From positions 120,190 to 152,189 of the forward strand of contig JBCCBQ010000001.1 of the NCBI GenBank assembly GCA_039033955.1: a stretch of 32,000 bases of DNA, in the 5' to 3' direction. Numbering within the stretch: position 1 is the stretch's first letter; each line of letters opens with the position of its first letter. Shown here in pieces: positions 25,256 to 32,000 of the stretch. The notes under the pieces were generated by a model, which ran no database searches, was not told the DNA's origin, and worked only from the letters and a program-made list of their open reading frames with translations. The DNA comes from Pseudomonadota bacterium (lineage in GTDB: Bacteria; Pseudomonadota; Alphaproteobacteria; Caulobacterales; Hyphomonadaceae). The translations under genes and the position numbers were made by a program.

Positions 25256-25497
25256 TTTGTCCACCTCATAAGCAAGGGTCGTTCTGTCCCTCGTGCTATG
25301 AACACTACAGGATGCGACTTAAGGGGACGCTCAGCGGGATCGATCAGTTTTGATGAAAATTCGATATGTCTTGGCGCGGCATGTTTGCACTTCGTTGGCA
25401 AAGCTGTGCCGGATTGGCGCACTTAATGTCGATTCTGCGCGAACCTTGCGAAACGGCCAAGGAAACCTTTGCAAATGGTTTCTGCCTGTTTTGACGT

Positions 25498-26718
25498 TCA
25501 GGTAGCGTCAACCATATACGCGCTAATTGTCCGCGTGATGAAACCGCCACCAAGCACACGGCTGGGTTCCGCAGAATCATAGAGGACGCAGGCCTGACCA
25601 GGTGCGACGCCTTCTTCAGCTTCATCGAAGCGAACGACAATCTCATCCTGCTCCATCGAAAGCCGTCCGGGCAAAGGCTCTCGCGTCGATCGTACCCGAG
25701 CCAGAACCTGTAGTTCGGCGCTCGCAGCGTCCGAAATCTCACCAGAGCCAAGCCAGTTTAATTCGCCAAGGGTCAACCCAGCTGTAAGAAGGGCCTCCCG
25801 CGGACCGACATAAACGCGGCGCTCCCGGGCATCGATCTTCACAACGAAAAGCGGTTCTCCTGTCGCCACACCAAGCCCACGCCTTTGGCCGATTGTGTAG
25901 TTTATGACACCCCTATGCTCGCCAAGTACACGTCCGTCGAGATGAACGATCTCACCGCCGCGGCCTGCGCCTGGACGGATCGTTTCGACCACTTTTGCGT
26001 AAGAGCCTTCAGGGACGAAACAGATGTCCTGGCTATCGGGTTTGGCGGCCACAGGCAGATTGTAAGAGTCCGCGAGCTCACGAACCTCGGTTTTCGGTAA
26101 GCTTCCGAGCGGAAAGCGCAGATAGTCGAGTTGCTCAGGTGTCGTCGCGAATAGAAAGTAGGACTGATCGCGGCTGTCATCATGCGCTCTGTGGAGTTCC
26201 GCGCCTGCCGAACCGACCTCGCGCCGAATATAGTGACCGGTCGCAAGGCAATCGGCACCGAGATCTTTTGCCGTGGCCAGGAGGTCAGCGAACTTTACGG
26301 ACTGATTGCACCGGATGCACGGGACTGGGGTTGAACCTGAGAGATAGGTATCCGCGAAATCCTCCATGACTTGCTCGCGGAAGCGGTTTTCGTAGTCCAG
26401 AACATAGTGCGGAATGCCGATCTGATCCGCGACATTGCGGGCGTCGTGAATATCCTGACCGGCGCAGCATGCGCCTTTCTTCTGGATCGCTGCCCCATGG
26501 TCGTAGAGTTGAAGCGTAATGCCGACGACGTCGTAGCCCTGATCTGCAAGAAGCGCCGCCACAACCGAAGAGTCCACACCACCAGACATGGCTGCAACAA
26601 CCCTCGTTTCGGATGGTGCTTTGTCAAACCCAAGAGAATTAAGCCCGCCGGTATGGGCAGGGGAGTGGTCGGTCACTTGTCTTGTCTCCAACGGGGTCAA
26701 GGTCCCGTGCAGCAGCAA
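25498..26718 (-). CDS. mnmA: tRNA 2-thiouridine(34) synthase
   Basis: PP-loop [27 protein letters not shown] and ATGHY motifs. The true start may be an internal TTG or GTG about 30-40 nt downstream of 26718. Confidence 0.9.
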   Translation of the reverse strand: MLLHGTLTPLETRQVTDHSPAHTGGLNSLGFDKAPSETRVVAAMSGGVDSSVVAALLADQGYDVVGITLQLYDHGAAIQKKGACCAGQDIHDARNVADQIGIPHYVLDYENRFREQVMEDFADTYLSGSTPVPCIRCNQSVKFADLLATAKDLGADCLATGHYIRREVGSAGAELHRAHDDSRDQSYFLFATTPEQLDYLRFPLGSLPKTEVRELADSYNLPVAAKPDSQDICFVPEGSYAKVVETIRPGAGRGGEIVHLDGRVLGEHRGVINYTIGQRRGLGVATGEPLFVVKIDARERRVYVGPREALLTAGLTLGELNWLGSGEISDAASAELQVLARVRSTREPLPGRLSMEQDEIVVRFDEAEEGVAPGQACVLYDSAEPSRVLGGGFITRTISAYMVDAT

Positions 26719-26786
26719 TGGACGTATTTAGGAGCTCAGTCCTCACCTAGCAAGATTCTGAAGCGTTGTTTGGTACTTTGGATCCG

Positions 26787-27197
26787 TTACTCGGACGTTG
26801 TGTCCCGCCGAACCACATCGCTCGCGAGAAGCCGATCCATTGCCAATGCTGCATCGTAACTTTCATCCGCTATGAAATGGAGTTGCGGCGTGAACTTCAT
26901 TTCAATCTCTTTACCGAGCCGTCCCCGCAGGAAACTTGCTGCTTTGTTGAGCGCGTCCGCAAGGTTCCGAGCGTGTTCAGTGTCCTGATCTCCCAGAGGG
27001 CTGCAGAACACGTTGGCGTGGCGAAGGTCGGGTGAGCATCTCACTTCGCCGACGGTCACGGATACACCTTGAAGGGCGGGATCTCGAAACTCTTCACGAG
27101 CCAGAATATCAACAAGAGCATGACGCACGAGTTCGCCAGCCCTTAGTTGACGCTGGCTGGGTTCCAGATTTTTAGATTGGCGGTGATGTTTCGCCAT
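26787..27197 (-). CDS. rbfA: Ribosome-binding factor A
   Basis: 136 aa. QRQLRAGELVRHALVDIL...VSVTVGEVRCSPDLRHANVF... is the typical RbfA KH-like core. Confidence 0.9.
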   Translation of the reverse strand: MAKHHRQSKNLEPSQRQLRAGELVRHALVDILAREEFRDPALQGVSVTVGEVRCSPDLRHANVFCSPLGDQDTEHARNLADALNKAASFLRGRLGKEIEMKFTPQLHFIADESYDAALAMDRLLASDVVRRDTTSE

Positions 27198-27209
27198 GGA
27201 TGAGTGCTT

Positions 27210-27767
27210 TCAGACTTCGATGCGCGCTCTTATGGCTTCGTGAAAGGCAGCGCGCTTTGCGTTGTCCTTGCCAAACCAATGATCGGGGATCAAGACCGTA
27301 TCGCTGCCGTCAACCAACAACGCCATAAAGCCACGTCCAGATCTTACGGATCGAATTGCGCTCCACTTGATCTCGGTGCGAATAGGGCCTCTCTCAATAA
27401 TGAGTGCTTTGTCAGCAATGCTGGTTTGGGAGATTTCGTCGCATTCGCCGCCACGTCCGTGTGTCTGACGATAAGCCCATCTCATGAAGATCAGATACCA
27501 GCTGATGCCCGAAAAGGCGGCGATGATGGTGGATAGCAAGAACGCCCAGTAACCACTGTATCCTGACTCAACGAGCGCCGTCCTTGTCGTAAAGGATACG
27601 CCAGCTGAGATGATCGGAGCCGTGACGCCAGCATAGTACACGGTCGTCGGTCCGACGGTGCCGGAACGAGTGATATTCGTAAGACGCCGCAGATCATTCC
27701 GCGAGAGCTTTCCGGAAATCGCAAGCCGCCCGTCCGGGGGCAGGTGTAATACCGCTTCACTGCCCAT
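27210..27767 (-). CDS. Hypothetical membrane protein, YcxB-like (2 TM plus C-terminal PH-like domain)
   Basis: 185 aa. The central hydrophobic pair is VYYAGVTAPIISAGVSF and YWAFLLSTIIAAFSGISWYLIF. The C-terminus IKWSAIRSVRSGRGFMALLVDGSDTVLIPDHWF resembles YcxB-family proteins. It sits between infB and rbfA. Confidence 0.5.
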   Translation of the reverse strand: MGSEAVLHLPPDGRLAISGKLSRNDLRRLTNITRSGTVGPTTVYYAGVTAPIISAGVSFTTRTALVESGYSGYWAFLLSTIIAAFSGISWYLIFMRWAYRQTHGRGGECDEISQTSIADKALIIERGPIRTEIKWSAIRSVRSGRGFMALLVDGSDTVLIPDHWFGKDNAKRAAFHEAIRARIEV

Positions 27768-27844
27768 AAAGCGAGTTCATCTCAGAAAGGAGTGAATATT
27801 CCGTTCTCTAATTCAAACCAACAGAACAGGAATCGTTCCGCTTA

Positions 27845-30394
27845 TTATTCAAGGCGTCGTTCGATTTCCTCGACCTGGAAGCACTCTATTCGATCGCCGA
27901 CACGAATGTCTTCGTACTTCTCGAACGCCATCCCGCATTCCTGACCGTTCGATACTTCCGGCACCTCATCCTTGAAGCGCTTAAGCGTCTTCAGGTTGCC
28001 TTCGTGTATCACTGTATCGTCTCGCAGGAGGCGCACGCCACAGCCGCGCTTTACCGTGCCCTCTGTGATGCGACAGCCAGCAACTTTGCCGATCTTGGAG
28101 ATGTTGAAGACCTCAAGAATTTCGGCATAGCCGAGGAATGTCTCGCGCTTCTCAGGAGCAAGCATGCCGGACAGCGTGTCTTTCACGTCATCTATCAGAT
28201 CGTAGATGACCGAATAGTAGCGAATTTCCACGCCTTCTTTCTCAGCGAGTTCCCTAGCCTGCTTATTTGCGCGAACATTGAATGCAAAGATCGGCGCTTG
28301 AGAAGATTGTGCCAGCAAGACATCGCTCTCGGAGATGCCTCCGACGGCACCGTGTATCACGTGGGCGCGGACCTCTTCAGTGGATAGCTTCTCGAGGCTC
28401 TGGGAAATGGCTTCCACTGAGCCCTGGACATCGGCTTTCACAACTACAGGCAGCTCTGACGCTTCGACAGAACCATCTTTCAGTCGCGTTAGAAGTGTTT
28501 CCAGTGATGCGCGGGCGGCAGCTCCGGCACGACCCTGAGCCTGACGTTTCTGACGTTGACGATACTCTGTGATCTCACGCGCGCGCGCTTCGGTATCCAC
28601 AACAACAAAAGCTTCGCCGGGGTCCGGAGCGCCATCAAGGCCAAGCACCTCGGCAGGAAGCGATGGGCCGGCCTCTTTCATTTGCTGATTTCGCTCGTTC
28701 ACCAGCGCTCGCACCTTGCCCCACTGGGCACCGGCAACGACGATATCGCCCCGTTTCAGAGTGCCTCGCTTGACCAGAACAGTGGCAACAGGGCCTCGTC
28801 CCTTGTCCAACTGGCTCTCGACAACCACACCGTCGGCTGCGCGCTTTGGATTTGCCGTCAGCTCAAGCAGTTCTGCTTGCAAAGTGATGGCTTCAGTCAG
28901 CTTATCCAGCCCCTCGCCGGAAATGGCAGATACATTCACCGACTGAACTTCCCCGCCCATCTCCTCGACCTGTACATCATACTGCAGTAGCTGGGTGAGG
29001 ACATTTTGTGGGTTGGCATCAGCCTTGTCGATCTTGTTGACGGCCACGATGACCGGCACCTCGGCCGCTTTAGCGTGGGCAATCGCTTCCTGGGTTTGCG
29101 GCATAACTCCGTCGTCTGCTGCTACAACCAGAATGACAATATCTGTAACATTGGCCCCGCGCGCACGCATCGCCGAGAAGGCCGCGTGTCCCGGTGTGTC
29201 GAGGAATGAGATTTTGTCTCCTGACCCCAATTGTACCTGATACGCCCCGATGTGCTGAGTGATACCGCCAGCTTCGCCGGATACCACATCCGTTTTCCGC
29301 AATGCATCGAGCAAGGACGTTTTCCCGTGGTCGACGTGCCCCATAATAGTGACAATTGGCGCACGCCCCCTCAGATCTTTTGGGTCGTCGTCTTCGCCTT
29401 CCAGCCCGATCTCAACGTCGGATTCGGAAACGCGTTTGACTGTATGTCCGAACTCTTCGGCGATTAGCTCTGCTGTGTCGGCATCAATGATGTCGTTGGC
29501 GCGCATCATCTCGCCTTCCTGCATCATGAATTTCACGACGTCGGCGACGCGTTCTTTCATGCGTCCAGCGAGTTCCTGCAGTGTGATCGTTTCTGGCAGC
29601 TGGATCTCTCGTGAGACCTTTTCTGTATCAGACGCCTCACCGCTGACACGACGCTCTCTTTCGCGCTCGCGAGCACGGCGCACGGACGCGAGTGAGCGTT
29701 GACGCTCGCTATCATCGCCGAGAGCGGCCGCAATAGTGAGTTTGCCTTTGCGACGTTTCGGTTCGCCTCGGGGTTTTGATCCGCCGGAACCTTTGTTGAA
29801 CGAGTCCCTCTGCTCCCGCTCTTTCTTTACGCGGCCACCGAGCGCCTCAAGCGAGGAGGGCGGGGGCGGTGGTTCGTTCCTTGATGCCGCACCTTGTTTG
29901 CGATCTCCACCGCTGCGTCCGCGTGGTGCTGTTTTGGCGGCCTCAGCTTCAGCTTTGCGGGCCTGTTCCTCGGCTTTGCGACGGGCCTCTGCCTCTTCAC
30001 GCTCTTTCTGAGCTTGAACTTTCCGTTCTTGCTCTTCTTTCAGTCGGTTGCGCGCTTCTTCTGCTTCTTTTGTTTTTGCAGCACGTTCTGCTTCTTGCTC
30101 GTTTCTGGCCTTCAGCGCGGCCTGACGTGCCTTCAACTCGGTTTCAGTAATCCCGAGTTTCTTTGCGAGTTCGGCGCTCTTTGAAAGCGCGGGAGCACCT
30201 GTATCGCTGGACTTCGACGCTGCTCCAGGCTTGCCGGGAGCCCCCACCATGCGACGCTTCTTCTTCTCCACCACAACCTGTTTGGTGCGGCCGTGGCTGA
30301 AGCTCTGGCGTACCGTGCCGCTGGAATTTCCACGGGAAACGGTTAGCGGTTTACGTCCGCCGGAAGAGTTACCTTTGTCTGTCGTGTCGCTCAT
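27845..30394 (-). CDS. infB: Translation initiation factor IF-2
   Basis: 849 aa. It has a Lys/Glu/Ala/Arg-rich N-terminal region, a G domain ([30 protein letters not shown]), and C-terminal domains through ...[13 protein letters not shown]. Confidence 0.97.
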   Translation of the reverse strand: MSDTTDKGNSSGGRKPLTVSRGNSSGTVRQSFSHGRTKQVVVEKKKRRMVGAPGKPGAASKSSDTGAPALSKSAELAKKLGITETELKARQAALKARNEQEAERAAKTKEAEEARNRLKEEQERKVQAQKEREEAEARRKAEEQARKAEAEAAKTAPRGRSGGDRKQGAASRNEPPPPPSSLEALGGRVKKEREQRDSFNKGSGGSKPRGEPKRRKGKLTIAAALGDDSERQRSLASVRRARERERERRVSGEASDTEKVSREIQLPETITLQELAGRMKERVADVVKFMMQEGEMMRANDIIDADTAELIAEEFGHTVKRVSESDVEIGLEGEDDDPKDLRGRAPIVTIMGHVDHGKTSLLDALRKTDVVSGEAGGITQHIGAYQVQLGSGDKISFLDTPGHAAFSAMRARGANVTDIVILVVAADDGVMPQTQEAIAHAKAAEVPVIVAVNKIDKADANPQNVLTQLLQYDVQVEEMGGEVQSVNVSAISGEGLDKLTEAITLQAELLELTANPKRAADGVVVESQLDKGRGPVATVLVKRGTLKRGDIVVAGAQWGKVRALVNERNQQMKEAGPSLPAEVLGLDGAPDPGEAFVVVDTEARAREITEYRQRQKRQAQGRAGAAARASLETLLTRLKDGSVEASELPVVVKADVQGSVEAISQSLEKLSTEEVRAHVIHGAVGGISESDVLLAQSSQAPIFAFNVRANKQARELAEKEGVEIRYYSVIYDLIDDVKDTLSGMLAPEKRETFLGYAEILEVFNISKIGKVAGCRITEGTVKRGCGVRLLRDDTVIHEGNLKTLKRFKDEVPEVSNGQECGMAFEKYEDIRVGDRIECFQVEEIERRLE

Positions 30395-30445
30395 AGACTA
30401 TCAAATACCAAATAATTACGCGGTCTGCACCTCTGCCGACCGCTG

Positions 30446-31105
30446 CTACGTTTGCTGCGTCCCGGAATACCAATCTTGCTCGGGCGCTGACCTGAAACCA
30501 ATCAATCGATTATAGTCGGCCATCCAGTTCCTGGAAAACGCACCCGTTTCCAGGAGCGCATGTACCACATGGGATCGCCCGAAGGCCATGCCTAATTCAC
30601 CGGATGTCAGCGCACCCGTGATCTTGCAGTTTCCATAAAGGCTCTCGGCAAGAAAATACAGCTTGTTTCGCCCGTCCGCCGAGCCGTCACCAGCGCTGAT
30701 CATGACGCCGGGACGCCGCTTCTGAAGTGTCGATTTGACCTGATCAAAACCGAGAACGATTGAACCTGCCTTCTTCGCAAGGCCAAGTGTCGATTGTAGA
30801 CGCTTCACAAGCAGGGATTCAACGAGATCTCCGAGGTCTGATTCGACCTGCACGCCTGCTTTGAAGCCTCGCGAGAAAACCTGCTTGCTTTCAGCTTCCG
30901 ACACAGCCTCAAGTGACGCGGTAATCCAGACACCACGCCCGGGTAATTTAGCTGCCAGATCAGGCACGACCGAAGCGTCAGGTCCACGCACGAAGCGCAC
31001 CATCTCTGTCTGCGGACGCCGTGTTCGCAGCACCGCACACTGGCGGATGGGCTCTCCAGCCTCGGTTATTTCAACAGGGTCGTCATTATGTCTGAGGTGC
31101 GGCAT
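30446..31105 (-). CDS. YlxR/DUF448 RNA-binding protein fused to an L7Ae/YlxQ-like domain
   Basis: RQCAVLRTRRPQTEMVRFV..PD..AKLPGRGVWITAS is the DUF448 part. LGLAKKAGSIVLGFDQVKSTL...VMISAGDGSADG is L7Ae-like. The start was chosen at ATG 31105, which overlaps the nusA end by 20 nt; the longest ORF starts at 31147. Confidence 0.75.
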   Translation of the reverse strand: MPHLRHNDDPVEITEAGEPIRQCAVLRTRRPQTEMVRFVRGPDASVVPDLAAKLPGRGVWITASLEAVSEAESKQVFSRGFKAGVQVESDLGDLVESLLVKRLQSTLGLAKKAGSIVLGFDQVKSTLQKRRPGVMISAGDGSADGRNKLYFLAESLYGNCKITGALTSGELGMAFGRSHVVHALLETGAFSRNWMADYNRLIGFRSAPEQDWYSGTQQT

Positions 31106-32000
31106 CGGATCCGCCCTCCGCATCATCATCACTGCCGAGTGCTCCAAGCGCCATCAGCGCTCGTTCTTCTTCAGTGAGGTCCATTTCCTCGGCAACCTGT
31201 TCGGCAGCCATCTCCTGTTGCAACTGATCGACAGCTTCCTGCTCAATCCAGCCGGCAATAACCCGAGCCTTCATGATAAACATCTGAGCGTCATCTTTAC
31301 GCATTTCGCCTTTTGGCAGGATACCAGGTTGAAAGACAGGCTTTCCGTCGGGTCCCGGTTCGCGCCAGCCAGTGATGTCGTCGGGAACCAGCCCCGCAAC
31401 ATCGTCGACGGTTTTCACATCGTTCTCGCCGAGCCTTACAGCAAAGCCGGGCGTCATGCCCTCCAAATCCATAACCGCGTCTTCTACGCCCAGTTCGCGT
31501 CGGCGGGCATCCTGCTCGATAGCAAGTTTCTCAAGGTAATCGCGTCCGCGTGCCTGGATCTCCGCAGCGATGTCTTCATCGAATCCTTCGATCTGCATGA
31601 AGTCTTCAGGAGCCACGTACGCAATCTCCTCGACGGTCTCGAAGCCTTCTGAGGCGAGAAGCTGTGCCAGCGTCTCCTCAGCATCGAGGGCCCTCATGAA
31701 CAACGCCGTACGCTCTGCGAACTCACGTTGATAGCGCTCAGAATCCTGAGTTTCTGTGATCAGATCGATTTGCCAGCCAGTCAGTTGCGAAGCGAGGCGT
31801 ACATTCTGGCCGCGGCGACCGATCGCCAGTGGGAACTGATCGTCTGCGACCACCACTTCAACACGCTGTTCGTCCTCGTCGAGAACAACCTTCGAAACCT
31901 CAGCCGGCTGCAGCGCGTTCACGATAAAGGTCGCATCGTCAAAGGACCATGGAATGATATCTATCTTCTCACCGGCGAGTTCGCCAACAACCGCCTGAAC
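31086..32000 (-). CDS. nusA: Transcription termination/antitermination factor NusA (N-terminal part beyond the right window edge)
   Basis: The frame stays open to the window edge: ...LAGEKIDIIPWSFDDATFIVNALQPAEVSKVVLDED..AIGRRGQNVRLASQLTGWQIDLITE (KH domains). An acidic C-terminal repeat region follows. Confidence 0.9.
   Translation of the reverse strand, partial: VQAVVGELAGEKIDIIPWSFDDATFIVNALQPAEVSKVVLDEDEQRVEVVVADDQFPLAIGRRGQNVRLASQLTGWQIDLITETQDSERYQREFAERTALFMRALDAEETLAQLLASEGFETVEEIAYVAPEDFMQIEGFDEDIAAEIQARGRDYLEKLAIEQDARRRELGVEDAVMDLEGMTPGFAVRLGENDVKTVDDVAGLVPDDITGWREPGPDGKPVFQPGILPKGEMRKDDAQMFIMKARVIAGWIEQEAVDQLQQEMAAEQVAEEMDLTEEERALMALGALGSDDDAEGGSDAAPQT

Noticed and set aside
25344-25751. 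135-aa minus-strand ORF overlapping the 3' end of mnmA and the sciP upstream region
   Set aside because: It is out of frame with mnmA over 250 nt and has no recognisable motif or ribosome-binding site. It is probably spurious, although the part at 25344-25497 lies in genuine intergenic DNA.
29700-30250. Repetitive-looking Lys/Glu/Ala/Arg-rich stretch (GC-skewed, quasi-periodic)
   Set aside because: This is the low-complexity N-terminal region of IF-2 read on the coding strand. It is not a tandem DNA repeat or a CRISPR array.
30861-31652. 263-aa plus-strand ORF
   Set aside because: It spans the ylxR/nusA junction on the opposite strand. It is an antisense shadow of two well-supported genes.
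1-32000. Window-wide look for CRISPR arrays, IS elements or transposases, integrases, and tRNA or rRNA genes
   Set aside because: None was recognised by eye on either strand. A tRNAscan or Infernal run would be needed to exclude small RNAs formally.

Overview
Chromosomal segment that looks alphaproteobacterial. It carries CtrA, SciP/DUF1153, DUF4167, UbiK/BMFP and a YlxR-L7Ae fusion, and is moderately GC-rich by eye. Most of the window is housekeeping: dapF, lgt, prfA-prmC, mnmA and nusA-ylxR-infB-rbfA. Metabolic and envelope genes are interspersed: a fused CoxS-CoxL-type molybdenum hydroxylase cut by the left edge, two acyl-CoA dehydrogenases around an HCCA-isomerase/DsbA-like gene, two M13 metallopeptidases, a CE15-like esterase, a processive GT2 synthase, and MAPEG, SCP2 and ICMT-family proteins. 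I saw no rRNA, tRNA, CRISPR array, transposase or integrase. The most unusual region is 19.6-25.3 kb. The cell-cycle regulators ctrA and sciP bracket a tightly coupled four-gene minus-strand operon: a FliF-like protein, fliG, a flbE/fliH-slot gene, and fliN. The 'FliF' is only about 207-215 aa: TM1, one RBM-like periplasmic domain, TM2, and a FliG-binding-like tail. The operon ends 4 bp from a converging peptidase gene, with no fliM, flbD, flhA or export-apparatus genes nearby. It may be a decaying flagellar locus or a repurposed, CtrA/SciP-linked, membrane-anchored switch-complex module. All family calls rest on motifs I read in the translations and on recalled family knowledge; no searches were run.
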